This document shows positions 48,184-58,740 of a DNA stretch of 64,000 nucleotides, one piece after another. Origin of the DNA: Promethearchaeota archaeon (GTDB lineage Archaea; Asgardarchaeota; Lokiarchaeia; Sigyniarchaeales; SOKP01); NCBI GenBank assembly GCA_048938895.1, contig JBHLLU010000001.1, forward strand, positions 64,001-128,000, read 5' to 3'. The notes beneath the pieces are model-generated. The model was not told where the DNA came from and did no database searches. It saw only the letters and a list, made by a program, of their open reading frames with translations. Both the position numbers and the translations under genes were made by a program. How positions within the stretch are numbered: position 1 is the first letter of the stretch; every line of letters starts with the position of its first letter.

Positions 48184-49005
48184 ATGAAAATTGAAGATTT
48201 AAGCGAAATAATTTATGAAAAAGAAGAAAATGGAATTTGTACTATTACTTTCAACACTCCAAAAAGAAGAAATGCTTTGTCTTATGTAAGTTTTTTAGAA
48301 CTTTGGACTGCTATTGACGATATGGAAAAAGATGAAACTGCTAAGGTACTTATAATGACAGGTTGTAGAAAAGCTAACGCTTTTTCTTCAGGAGGATATT
48401 TTAACATGAAATATATTACGTCAGTTTCTCCAGAAATTATGAAGGAAATCGATTTAATGGATATTGCGCAGAAAAAATTATGTATGAAGCTTTGGAATTT
48501 TAATAAACCTGTTATTGCCGCGATCAATGGATTGGCTGTTGGTATCGGAATTACAATGCCTTTAGTTGGAGCCGATTTAATATATATGTCAGAAGATGCA
48601 TGGTTGGGATTTTATTTTGTTAAACGTGCGGTTATCCCTGAATTTAGCACTTCATTTGTCCTCCCTTTCTTAGTAGGGTTTCATAAAGCAAAAGAGATTA
48701 TCTTTTTTGGTGATAAAATTACAGCTAGTGAAGCAGAACGACTTGGATTAGTAAACAAGGTGTTACCTCCCGATGAATTGATGTTATATACAAGAGAACA
48801 AGCTCTCCGTTTAATTCCCCCCAAAGGACCTTCACTCTCTCTCAGTCGAATGAAAAAAGTAATGCATGAATATTTCAAAGAAATTTTATCTAAGACGTTA
48901 GATTTAGAAAATGAAGCACTTAGAGCATCTATCGAAACAAGTGATTTTAGAGCAGCAACAAAATCGCTTATAACCAAGAAAGATCCTGAATTTAAGGGCA
49001 AATAA
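48184..49005 (+). CDS. Crotonase-family enoyl-CoA isomerase/hydratase
   Basis: AFSSGG, KPVIAAINGLAVGIG, IPEFST (single Glu, isomerase-like) and AERLGLVN motifs. Confidence 0.88.
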   Translation: MKIEDLSEIIYEKEENGICTITFNTPKRRNALSYVSFLELWTAIDDMEKDETAKVLIMTGCRKANAFSSGGYFNMKYITSVSPEIMKEIDLMDIAQKKLCMKLWNFNKPVIAAINGLAVGIGITMPLVGADLIYMSEDAWLGFYFVKRAVIPEFSTSFVLPFLVGFHKAKEIIFFGDKITASEAERLGLVNKVLPPDELMLYTREQALRLIPPKGPSLSLSRMKKVMHEYFKEILSKTLDLENEALRASIETSDFRAATKSLITKKDPEFKGK

Positions 49006-49133
49006 TTAAATTATTTTAAATTTTTAAAAATTTATTTTCCTCAACGAAACTCTTATTAAATGTGGTTGATATTTTATATTTTTATTTTGAACGATATATA
49101 AAATAACTTAATTATCTAATAAACATCGAGAAT

Positions 49134-50819
49134 ATGAATACAAACTGTAAATTTGTTTTTGTAACTGGAGGAGTTATGTCTGGAATTGGAAAAGGCGTAG
49201 CGACCGCTAGTATCGGAAAAGTTCTTCAATTTCGAGGTTTTAAAATATCTGTGGTTAAAATCGATCCTTATCTTAACGTAGACCCTGGCACTTTGAATCC
49301 TATAGAGCATGGAGAATGCTTTGTAACTGAGGATGTGTGGGAATTCGAACCAGTTTACGAATCTGATGAAAGATCATATCGAATTTCAGAAATAGATCAA
49401 GATTTCGGGACTTATTCTCGAATTTTGGGTATCGAAATGCATCCTTCCCATAATATTACCTCAGGGCAAATATATCTTTCTACAATTCTTAGTGAAAGAA
49501 AGGGTAAATTTTTAGGAAAAACTGTACAAATTATTCCTCATGTCACTGATATTATCAAAGAAAGGCTATTGGAAATTGCTGAAAAAGAGGACTTGGATGT
49601 GTTGTTAATAGAATGTGGGGGAACAGTTGGGGATTTAGAATCAAGCATTTTTTTAGAAGCTTTTAGACAAATAAAATTGGAATCACCGAAGAGAACAGCT
49701 TTCGTCCATGTGACTTTGGTTCCTTATTCTAGAGCAGTAGGACAGCAAAAATCCAAACCTACCCAGCATTCTGTTAAGGAGCTCCAAAGTATCGGATTAC
49801 AACCGGATATAATAATCGGTAGGAGTGAAAAACCTTTAGATATTGACATTAAACGTAAAATTTCACTTTATTCAAATGTACCTGAAAATGCAGTTATTTC
49901 TAATCCTGATTTAGACGTAGTATACGAATTACCTTTACTATTTGAAGAACAAGGATTAGGAGATTTAATTTGTGAATTAATTGATCTTAAAGCAAAACTG
50001 GTATCCTATAGTGAAGTTACTAATTATTCTGAATGGGTTAAGATGGTCGAAATATTTAAAAAGACAAGTGATACAGTGAAAATTGCTATGCCTGGGAAGT
50101 ATTTCAATATCTCAGATTCGTATATTTCAATTAATGTTGCTTTAGAAGACGCAGCTGCACATCATGGGTATAAAACAGAATTGAAGATGATAAATATTGA
50201 TGAAAACATAAATATTCAAAAAGAATTGAGCGATTGTGATGGAATTTTGTTAACACCGGGATTTGGGGAAAGAGCCGTACAAGGAATGATTGAATCCGCG
50301 GAATTTGCAATGGAAGAAAAAGTTCCCTTTCTTGGCATTTGTTTTGGAGCTCAATTGTTTTTTGTAGCATTTTGCAGAAAATATTTAGGGTTAAATGAGG
50401 CAAATTCTACAGAAATAGTTCCTAATACACCATATCCAGTTATTGATCTTCTAGAAAGTCAGAAAAGTGTCAATGAAAAGGGAGGTTCTATGAGATTAGG
50501 TGCTCAAAAAATTATTATCAAAGAAAATACAAAATTATATAACGCATATAAAGAAAAAGTGATTTTAGAAAGATTTAGGCATAGGTGGCATATTCAGGAG
50601 CGATTTATCACAGAAGAAGCTAGAAATAAGGATATGGTAATATCTAGTCGTGATGAAAGCGGAGAAATAATAAATAGTATTGAACTTAATAGAGAGGATC
50701 ATTGGATGGTTGGTGTCCAATTTCATCCTGAATTTAAATCAAGACCATATAAGCCTTCACCATTGTACTATGATTTCATTAAAGAGTGTATTAAGTATAA
50801 AAAATCAAAGAAAAAATAG
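49134..50819 (+). CDS. pyrG: CTP synthase
   Basis: [56 protein letters not shown] and QFHPEF motifs. Confidence 0.97.
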   Translation: MNTNCKFVFVTGGVMSGIGKGVATASIGKVLQFRGFKISVVKIDPYLNVDPGTLNPIEHGECFVTEDVWEFEPVYESDERSYRISEIDQDFGTYSRILGIEMHPSHNITSGQIYLSTILSERKGKFLGKTVQIIPHVTDIIKERLLEIAEKEDLDVLLIECGGTVGDLESSIFLEAFRQIKLESPKRTAFVHVTLVPYSRAVGQQKSKPTQHSVKELQSIGLQPDIIIGRSEKPLDIDIKRKISLYSNVPENAVISNPDLDVVYELPLLFEEQGLGDLICELIDLKAKLVSYSEVTNYSEWVKMVEIFKKTSDTVKIAMPGKYFNISDSYISINVALEDAAAHHGYKTELKMINIDENINIQKELSDCDGILLTPGFGERAVQGMIESAEFAMEEKVPFLGICFGAQLFFVAFCRKYLGLNEANSTEIVPNTPYPVIDLLESQKSVNEKGGSMRLGAQKIIIKENTKLYNAYKEKVILERFRHRWHIQERFITEEARNKDMVISSRDESGEIINSIELNREDHWMVGVQFHPEFKSRPYKPSPLYYDFIKECIKYKKSKKK

Positions 50820-50824
50820 TACTT

Positions 50825-53677
50825 TCAAAAAATTGTGATTTCTGACATTTCTCTTAATTCCTTGATGTGAGTAGTGAATTCCTCACTAGAACAGAGATTT
50901 GCCAGTTCCTTTTTTGATAATTCAGCAGCATCATATTTTTCTCGAAATTCAAAAGGTGAAAGAATGCCAGAAGTACTCTTTTCCTTTAATTTTTCTACAA
51001 TATTATCTATGTCGTTATCAAAATTATCCAAGTTTTGTAATCTTTCAGATAATGCTGCAGGAAGACTAGAATGTATCTTTTTCAGAGAATTTGAATAGGT
51101 TAAAAGTGTTTTAGAAAAGTTCAGTCTGGATTCTATAATAGCATGAAGATTTTTTGATTCATCCGTTAATTTAAACATGATTTCATAAAACTTAATTTCA
51201 TTTTTATCTCTATTAAGAAACTTCATTAAATTTGTGATTTTTTGAGAAGCATCAAAATCCTTGAAGTTTTCATATTCAGTAATTTTTCTTTCTGTATCTC
51301 TTATATCAAGTTGTAATTGCTCCAATTTTTGGCTGCTAAGATATTTATCTAACTTCATTATCTTCTTTTGGTATTCTTGCTCTTCTAATATTGTTCTCAT
51401 AGTTTCAAATACTCCTGGTAATGGATGATATAAATACTTTAAGAGGAGAATATATAATGCATGTTCAGTATTCGCTACTTTTTTATTAAAAAATTCAAGA
51501 GTATCAACATTTTCACTGATATCAACTAATAGTTTAAAGAATTTTCGAATGATTAACATATTTTGTTGAGCATCAAAAGCAATTTGATACATCTCTTCGA
51601 AATATTTTTTGTAAAATCTGGTAGCTAAATCGAGATTATGAAGAAAATTATTAACTAAAGGTATTAATTCTCCTGTAAAACCGGATTTCTTATACTCTGT
51701 ACCAATATCTTTTAGTCTTTCCTCTTCTCGATATGATATTAACTTAACAATTAAATCTGGAAAATCTTTTGTACTAATGTCATATGTTTTTATGAAATAC
51801 CCTTTTTTACTTAAAACAGGTATGATTGTACTAATTGTCATCGTCCGCTGTTGAATAGCCTTAAGATCCTCTTCTAAAATTCGATTAATATGCTCATCAA
51901 TATTTTTCTTTTTTTCTACATTTGCAATTTTTCTGTCTTTTAGTAATTGGTTTAGTCTAATCCCTCTAATTTGGGCATTTCTACCACCATATATTTCAAT
52001 AAAGATTGTTCCCAAAACTCTAAAAGCGAGAGCTGCTGTTAATTTCTTATCCTTCTCTTCATCCACTAGAATTTGATTTACAAGCATGTTTAGTAATCGA
52101 AACATGAATGTCTTTTCCTTTTCTCTCGGAGTTTCTCTTAGATTTTCTCGGTATTGCTCTACAATTTGATCTTCAGGAAACCTACTTTGCCATAATAGAT
52201 CTAATATTCTCTCACCTTCTGGATTTGGAAGAATTTCTAAAAATCGTGGTATAATCTCTGCAATTGCTTTTGCCCATCTGGAGTGTTCTATTGATAAAGG
52301 AATCTCATTATGAAAATCTGCTAATAAATCATGAATTAATCCTCCTTGCTCAATTACTTTAGGTCCTTCATATCTACCGAGTGTATGAATAAGAATTTCA
52401 TCAAAAGAAGGATTTAAAGATAATGGCATACGTATCTGTATTTTTTCATAGAAAGCTTTAAATAACTCAAATAAGCTTCGGACTCTGTGGTCAGATCGAT
52501 TTATTATGAATTGGTTGATTTCAGCATTATTAAGATCTTTTAGTTCCATTAAAGAATTAGCAAACATGATTGCACCATTAAAAACTAGTTCAATCTTCTC
52601 TGGTTCATGGTAAGAAGCCGTTTCTGAAAATTTGAATAGAAACTTCGCCAGATCTGAACCAAGATATTCTCTATGCTGCTCTGGTATTTGATCAATTGCT
52701 TCTAATAATTCCTCCATAAGCATTTGAATCATATCGTGACCAACTATTAATGAATACTTTTTTTCAGCCCGTTTTAAAAAAGCCTCGACGTCGGTGAATT
52801 GAACACGTTTTTCTTCTTCCCCAAATAAATAAGCGAGAATATCTTCAAAGCTATTGCATGATTCAATTGGATTACCTTGCTTTACGGTATTAATGTACCT
52901 TATAAATAAATCAAGCAGAGTATGTACCGTATTTTTGCTTCTTCTTATGATCTCTTGATTAACTTGTTCTTTAGTCTTTCCATTTAGATTTGAACTTGCT
53001 TCATTAAATACTACCACCTGTTTCAGCTTTTCTTCTGTTAGTTCCATAGACCATCCTTCTATATTCTGTGAAAACTTAAATAAATATTTAGGGATTTCAG
53101 ACTCCAAGTAATCTCGAACATTTTCATCAGTATTTGATAATGATTTAATTATTTCTTCTGAATATTGGTGTGCTCTTTCTTTTCCTATAATTGGTATGAA
53201 ATTTTTTTCAGCTCGCTTTATGAATAATTCAACATCATTTAATTGGATAACCCTAACTTCATCCCCGAAAACATATGTAAGAACATCATCGAAATTTCCT
53301 TGATTTACTATTGTTTTGCCATCCTTAGCCTTTTCTACAACCGAGTTAAGCAAATCAGAAAGATTCCTCATCTTATTATTGCTTCTATTAATTAATAGCT
53401 GATTAACCTGATTTCTGTCTTTATTAATTAGATCTTTTAGTGAATGAGTAAAAATTATAACATGGTTAAGTACAGCTTCAGTCATCCCTGGAGAAACGTC
53501 TTCAATCTCCTGTGAATAATTAAACAAAAATCTTGGAATTTCTGAACCAATTACCCGTCTGAATTTAGCGGGGATTTCATTAGTTGCCCTTTTTACTTGA
53601 TCTAATATAGAGACAGCTTTAGACTCTCCTAACTTCTCTTTAAATGATTTTTCTGCTCTCTTTAGGAAAACTTCCAT
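50825..53677 (-). CDS. Large all-helical hypothetical protein with three N-terminal 148-aa tandem repeats and a C-terminal coiled coil
   Basis: F(L/I)KRAEK at aa 6, 154 and 302 (numbering from 53683). GGGAG RBS before the ATG at 53677. Confidence 0.8.
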   Translation of the reverse strand: MEVFLKRAEKSFKEKLGESKAVSILDQVKRATNEIPAKFRRVIGSEIPRFLFNYSQEIEDVSPGMTEAVLNHVIIFTHSLKDLINKDRNQVNQLLINRSNNKMRNLSDLLNSVVEKAKDGKTIVNQGNFDDVLTYVFGDEVRVIQLNDVELFIKRAEKNFIPIIGKERAHQYSEEIIKSLSNTDENVRDYLESEIPKYLFKFSQNIEGWSMELTEEKLKQVVVFNEASSNLNGKTKEQVNQEIIRRSKNTVHTLLDLFIRYINTVKQGNPIESCNSFEDILAYLFGEEEKRVQFTDVEAFLKRAEKKYSLIVGHDMIQMLMEELLEAIDQIPEQHREYLGSDLAKFLFKFSETASYHEPEKIELVFNGAIMFANSLMELKDLNNAEINQFIINRSDHRVRSLFELFKAFYEKIQIRMPLSLNPSFDEILIHTLGRYEGPKVIEQGGLIHDLLADFHNEIPLSIEHSRWAKAIAEIIPRFLEILPNPEGERILDLLWQSRFPEDQIVEQYRENLRETPREKEKTFMFRLLNMLVNQILVDEEKDKKLTAALAFRVLGTIFIEIYGGRNAQIRGIRLNQLLKDRKIANVEKKKNIDEHINRILEEDLKAIQQRTMTISTIIPVLSKKGYFIKTYDISTKDFPDLIVKLISYREEERLKDIGTEYKKSGFTGELIPLVNNFLHNLDLATRFYKKYFEEMYQIAFDAQQNMLIIRKFFKLLVDISENVDTLEFFNKKVANTEHALYILLLKYLYHPLPGVFETMRTILEEQEYQKKIMKLDKYLSSQKLEQLQLDIRDTERKITEYENFKDFDASQKITNLMKFLNRDKNEIKFYEIMFKLTDESKNLHAIIESRLNFSKTLLTYSNSLKKIHSSLPAALSERLQNLDNFDNDIDNIVEKLKEKSTSGILSPFEFREKYDAAELSKKELANLCSSEEFTTHIKELREMSEITIF
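52364..53677 (-). repeat. Three in-frame protein-level tandem repeats, period 148 aa (444 bp)
   Basis: Anchors at identical spacing: FxKRAEK (6/154/302), S(E/D)xx(R/K)xLFxxS (47/195/343), RS (100/248/396), F(D/E)(D/E)xL....G (131/279/427). Confidence 0.85.
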
Positions 53678-53846
53678 TAACAACTCCCGTTTAAAGTTTA
53701 TAACTTGATTATTGCTTAGTTCAATTTAGAAATCAATTCAAATAATCAATTAGTTAAATAAATAACCTAGGTGATAAATTTAAATTTATGTTTTAAGGAG
53801 TATTATGCTTCTAAAAAGAGCAACTTTGAATTTAAATAAAAAAAAA

Positions 53847-55604
53847 CTAATTATCTAGTATCTCAGTCCTTTCTTGTGGTGGTAATTTTCCTCTCAATGC
53901 AACTGGAGGATTCACGCACCAAATATAGTGTCCTTCTTCAATTTTTATTGGATGAGGCGTTTCACTCATACACTCTTTCGTCCTTGCCTCTGAAATACAC
54001 CTAGGATTAAAAGTACAACCGGGAGGTGGTGCAATTGGACTCGGAACTTCACCTTTTATGATATATTTTATTTCTTTATCTGAAGGATCAAGCTCAGTTC
54101 TTGAGGATAATAATGCAATGGTGTAAGGATGAGTTGGGTTGGAGAAAATTTGTTCGGTATTTCCCACTTCAACGAATTTCCCGAGATACATGACTGCAAC
54201 TTTATCAGCAATATGATTCACGACCGCTAAGTTGTGAGTTATAAACAGAAATCCATAATTATATGTTCTCTGTAACCTTTTTAATAAATTAAGAATTTGA
54301 GCTTGAACTGAAACATCTAAAGCAGAGGTTGGTTCGTCTAATATTACTAATTCTGGATTACTTGCAAGGGCTCTAGCAATAATAATTCTTTGCTTTTGAC
54401 CTCCGGAAAATTCATGTGGAAAGCGATCCATATGTTCTCGTTCTAATGAGACTTCATGTAGTAAATTCAAAACACGCCTTCTTATCTCATCTTTCTTTGT
54501 TATACCTAATAAATTTCTTAATGGTTCTGCTATGATATCAACTACTTTCATTCGTGGATTTAATGATGCATCAGGATCCTGATATACAATTTGGATCTTT
54601 TTTCGTAGATATTTTGTATATTCATTAGGTATTGGTTCATCATTAAAAATTATTTCTCCTGCTTCTTTTGGGACCAAGCCTAAAATAGCTTTGGCTACAG
54701 TTGTTTTTCCACAACCACTTTCACCAACCAAACCGAGAGTTTCACCAGTTTTTATATTGAAACTAATACCATTAACTGCTTTAACAGATCCGAACTGTCT
54801 TTTTAGCATACCTCCAATCAATGGATAATAAACTTTAAGATCTTTTATTTGTAGTAATTTTTTATCTTTTTCTAGAACTGTCAATTCTCTGTATCTTTGG
54901 AAAGTTAAATTCATTTGGGCTATATATTTCACAACGGAACTTACTATTAACGTAATTATTAATCCCCATAGTATATAAGTAAAAAAACCTCGAATAAAAG
55001 CTTCCTTTAGCACTTGATACACTTGTCCTAAATAGAAAACTCCAGGAATTAAAGTGAGGATTGTTATAATATTTCTATTTTCAATAAATTGTGCCTTATT
55101 ACCCCAATTTATGAAAAAAGTATTCACACCTAGAATAATAAGGAATGTGAAAAAAAGTGCTACACCCGATGAATACACATCATCGTTCTCAGCGGTTACC
55201 ATGGTTCTCACAATATTAAAGACAATTCTCAGTAAAAAAGCTAAACCATAGAGAATCGCTTGAAATATTGCAATGAATAGTATGGATTCTACGTAGTTTT
55301 TATTCGCCGATTTCCTTACTATATTTGAAGATATCAGGATTGCTCCCGTATTAATTACAACATCAGCAATTATAATTATTACAAATTTATTTCCAATAAA
55401 ATAGAAAAATACAAATTTGAGCCCTAGATTTAATAAGAACCATACCAAATTCACATCAATTGCGAAAGTAACATCCATCTCTTTCTTTTTTACATATGAT
55501 TTTATAAAGGATATGCCATAAAGGAATACTAATAAAGAGATAAGATATGCAATGACTAATTCAGACATAAATGTCCCAATAGTTATATTTGAGGGTAGTT
55601 CCAT
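53847..55604 (-). CDS. oppF: Oligopeptide ABC ATPase (OppF/DppF) fused to an N-terminal multi-TM domain
   Basis: Walker A GESGCGKT, FSGGQKQR, LDEPTSALDVSVQAQ, HPYT and GCTFNPRC. The first ~235 aa are strongly hydrophobic. Confidence 0.88.
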   Translation of the reverse strand: MELPSNITIGTFMSELVIAYLISLLVFLYGISFIKSYVKKKEMDVTFAIDVNLVWFLLNLGLKFVFFYFIGNKFVIIIIADVVINTGAILISSNIVRKSANKNYVESILFIAIFQAILYGLAFLLRIVFNIVRTMVTAENDDVYSSGVALFFTFLIILGVNTFFINWGNKAQFIENRNIITILTLIPGVFYLGQVYQVLKEAFIRGFFTYILWGLIITLIVSSVVKYIAQMNLTFQRYRELTVLEKDKKLLQIKDLKVYYPLIGGMLKRQFGSVKAVNGISFNIKTGETLGLVGESGCGKTTVAKAILGLVPKEAGEIIFNDEPIPNEYTKYLRKKIQIVYQDPDASLNPRMKVVDIIAEPLRNLLGITKKDEIRRRVLNLLHEVSLEREHMDRFPHEFSGGQKQRIIIARALASNPELVILDEPTSALDVSVQAQILNLLKRLQRTYNYGFLFITHNLAVVNHIADKVAVMYLGKFVEVGNTEQIFSNPTHPYTIALLSSRTELDPSDKEIKYIIKGEVPSPIAPPPGCTFNPRCISEARTKECMSETPHPIKIEEGHYIWCVNPPVALRGKLPPQERTEILDN

Positions 55605-55671
55605 TTTAAAACCTTTTTTTGTTTTATTTTAAATATATTTATGTTTTATTTTCAGTTAAATAATCTCTAAT

Positions 55672-58600
55672 TTAATTTTCTGCTTTTCTTATTGAGATCT
55701 CTGCAAGGTCCTTGTATTCAGGGTCAAATAGATGACATGCAACAAAATAATCTGGTTCAACCTCAATATTCTTAGGGATCTTCGAATCACATGGTTCAAA
55801 ACAGTATTGGCAACGAGGATGAAATCTACATCCTGAGGGAGGATATATCAAATTTGGTACCATTCCAGGAATTACATCTAACAATTCTCTCTTTTTGCCC
55901 ACAATGGGTACAGAAGCTATGAGACCTCTTGTATAGGGATGATAAGGTGTTCTAAATAATTTATTTATATCACCATATTCAACAATAAAACCGCTGTACA
56001 TTACAGCTACACGGTCACACATTTTTGAAATAATTCCTAAATCGTGAGTGATAAAAAGTATCGAGGTGTTATACTTTTTCTTAAGATCTTTCATCAACTG
56101 TAATATTTGGTTTTGAATTGTTACATCAAGAGCCGTAGTAGGCTCGTCTGCAATTAATAACCTCGGACCACACGCTAGACCCATTGCGATTTGAACTCGC
56201 TGTCGCATACCACCACTTAATTCATGGGGATATCGATCAAAAATGACTCGTGGAGTCGGAATATTTAAATCTTTTAATATTTTTCGACTCCATTTTCTTG
56301 CAATGTCATATATACTTGTATTAGCCTTAACAGCTTCAATCAAAAGCTCATTTTGCATATGAAGTCGATAGACTTCTGCTATCTGATCCCCAATTTTATA
56401 TACAGGATTTAATGAGTTAAGTGGATCTTGAAAAATCATAGTAATTTTGTTCCCACGAAATTTTAAAAATTCTTCCATACTTTTCCGGTGTAAATCTTCC
56501 CCTTCAAAATAGACTTTTCCACTTTCAATTTTGCCTGGGGGACGAACTAATCGAAGAATCGATAATGCGGTTACAGATTTACCACATCCCGTTTCTCCAA
56601 CAAGACCAAGAGTTTCCCCTTTGTATATTTTAAATGAAACTCCTTCTACAGCTCTCACAACACCTTCTTCTGTATAAAAATATGTTATGAGATCTTGGAC
56701 ATCTAAGATGACCTGTCTTTCCTTTTTTGATATATCCTGATATTGATCTTCATAAGTTGTTATGGAAGCACGGAACCTATCACCGATCTTCTCAGAGGAT
56801 TCTGTAGTCATTTTTATTCGTAGTGATCCTAGAAGTGAAACTATATAGATACCAGAAGCAACAATTAAAGGAACTCGGGGATCTGTCAAACTGTAACGAT
56901 ATGATAAGATGAGAGATTGGAATAATCCAAGAAATACAGTAAGAAAAATGGCAAATAAATAGACAACAATATAAGATAAAAGTATGAATTTTACCGATTC
57001 ACTTATTTTTCGTTTATAAATTCTTGAAACAAGAAATATTCCAATGATAATATTAATAGCAGCAATAATAAATTCATTAAATAAAATTGGAATTAATAAA
57101 TCATATTCTGTTGGCCAAACATGATCTACCCAAAATCGCGACAATATATCTGTATACTTGATTCCCACGCCTGAAAAGATGAAAAATGATAAGATTCTTA
57201 ATGGTAAATCTATAATTAACCAGACTAAATTAACTCTAGATGCCTTTTTCTTAACATAGGAAGCATTTTTCATGGCTGCATCCCACATTTTTATTGATGT
57301 AGCATACCACCATATAACTCTTGATCCTGTTATAAACAATGCGATCGAAAAGGTAATTATGAATAATAAGTTTATAAGAACTGTCTCAGTTATGAGGATG
57401 AATAAATATAAAAATATAGCAAAGAAAGGTACAATCCATATTAAAAATGTAAGTAGCCCCCCATAAATTGCAGAATGTTGAAGAATTATTTTCGATACCC
57501 TCGTATTTACAGGATTAATTCTATTCAACAGATATGTAATAGCTAAATCTCCAACAACCATAAAAAAAGCGCTTATACAACCTAGAAAAAGAACTCCTGC
57601 CAATGTATATGATTTATATATATATAAAAATAAACTAAATATCATGGTTTCTACAATCAAACCCCATATCAACCCAGCAATAATTTTATTTGATTGTTTA
57701 TTAAAATTACTTTCTAATAATGAATTTTTTTCGAGGGATTTAGATTTAGTAATTTTCTTAAATAAATATGTATAAAAATGAAGAGAAATTCCCTGTGGAA
57801 AGCGAGGTTCATTTTCTTCACTAATATCACTGAATATCGAGTCCCGATCTTCTAATACTAAGCCTGAATTAGTGCTCGTTTTTGCTTTTTTAATTTCAAA
57901 ATCTAACAATTCTTTAACTTTCCTTGTACTTTCAACGCTAGCTTCAGGCAAAAATTTACATTTCAGTAAATTAAAGAAGACTAGAATATATAAACCGGTA
58001 ACTACAATGATTAAAACTCGTATATCTTGTATAATCAATTGAAATCCAAGCCATTTATTAAGATATATTTCAAATACGACTATCTGTATAAACCATAAAC
58101 CGAATGCTATTATTGCGGCACCGTAACTAGCATTCCTTAGTATTTTTTTCTCTATACGTTTCTCATCTGCTAAAAACCTATTAATTATAGAAGTAAAAAT
58201 GAGGCATACAAAAACTAAACTAATACTCCAAAATGTTCCTAAACCAAAATTGGAAGGGTATTCTGGAAGCTCAGGATCTCGTAAAGGGATTTGAAGAAAT
58301 GCAATCGAAACATATATTGCTGACAAAACCCATGCTGCAATAATTAATAGTTTAATTATTTTCGTAAAACGACCCTTTTGAAGTTCAATCTCATCTGAGG
58401 TCTCTCTTAATCCGAATTTCCTGACAAATGGTTTATGGAGAAAAAGGAATATTGTAAGCATTATCGCAAAGTGCAATGCATCCTTATTCAAAATTTTAAA
58501 TAATACACCAATGGTTTCAAATACCCCAAGCGTTTCAAATAACATTCGAATGCCTAAAGTAATTCCTAAAAGAATTGCACTAGTTGCCAGTGAACTTAAT

Positions 58601-58740
58601 CTATATATTTTTACAATTGAATCATCTTCAAAGACAAATTTGGTAACTATATATAGAATTAATAATATTACCACAAATGAAAACATAGCTTCTATAATTG
58701 CAAATCCATAGTTCGCAACTTGAAATGTTATACCAATAAT
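55672..58740 (-). CDS. oppD: Oligopeptide ABC ATPase (OppD/DppD) fused to a very large N-terminal multi-TM domain
   Basis: Walker A GETGCGKS, LSGGMRQR, ADEPTTALDVT and GCRFHPRC...ACHL, preceded by ~650 hydrophobic aa. Start uncertain (ATT 58740/58737 after GAGGCGTG, or ATG 58686); the ORF track start at 58875 overlaps oppC. Confidence 0.85.
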   Translation of the reverse strand: MIGITFQVANYGFAIIEAMFSFVVILLILYIVTKFVFEDDSIVKIYRLSSLATSAILLGITLGIRMLFETLGVFETIGVLFKILNKDALHFAIMLTIFLFLHKPFVRKFGLRETSDEIELQKGRFTKIIKLLIIAAWVLSAIYVSIAFLQIPLRDPELPEYPSNFGLGTFWSISLVFVCLIFTSIINRFLADEKRIEKKILRNASYGAAIIAFGLWFIQIVVFEIYLNKWLGFQLIIQDIRVLIIVVTGLYILVFFNLLKCKFLPEASVESTRKVKELLDFEIKKAKTSTNSGLVLEDRDSIFSDISEENEPRFPQGISLHFYTYLFKKITKSKSLEKNSLLESNFNKQSNKIIAGLIWGLIVETMIFSLFLYIYKSYTLAGVLFLGCISAFFMVVGDLAITYLLNRINPVNTRVSKIILQHSAIYGGLLTFLIWIVPFFAIFLYLFILITETVLINLLFIITFSIALFITGSRVIWWYATSIKMWDAAMKNASYVKKKASRVNLVWLIIDLPLRILSFFIFSGVGIKYTDILSRFWVDHVWPTEYDLLIPILFNEFIIAAINIIIGIFLVSRIYKRKISESVKFILLSYIVVYLFAIFLTVFLGLFQSLILSYRYSLTDPRVPLIVASGIYIVSLLGSLRIKMTTESSEKIGDRFRASITTYEDQYQDISKKERQVILDVQDLITYFYTEEGVVRAVEGVSFKIYKGETLGLVGETGCGKSVTALSILRLVRPPGKIESGKVYFEGEDLHRKSMEEFLKFRGNKITMIFQDPLNSLNPVYKIGDQIAEVYRLHMQNELLIEAVKANTSIYDIARKWSRKILKDLNIPTPRVIFDRYPHELSGGMRQRVQIAMGLACGPRLLIADEPTTALDVTIQNQILQLMKDLKKKYNTSILFITHDLGIISKMCDRVAVMYSGFIVEYGDINKLFRTPYHPYTRGLIASVPIVGKKRELLDVIPGMVPNLIYPPSGCRFHPRCQYCFEPCDSKIPKNIEVEPDYFVACHLFDPEYKDLAEISIRKAEN

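Noticed and set aside
49317-49420. Possible intein or intron in pyrG
   Set aside because: The insert is about 15 aa and in frame, with no C/S...HN splice residues and no evident bulge-helix-bulge.
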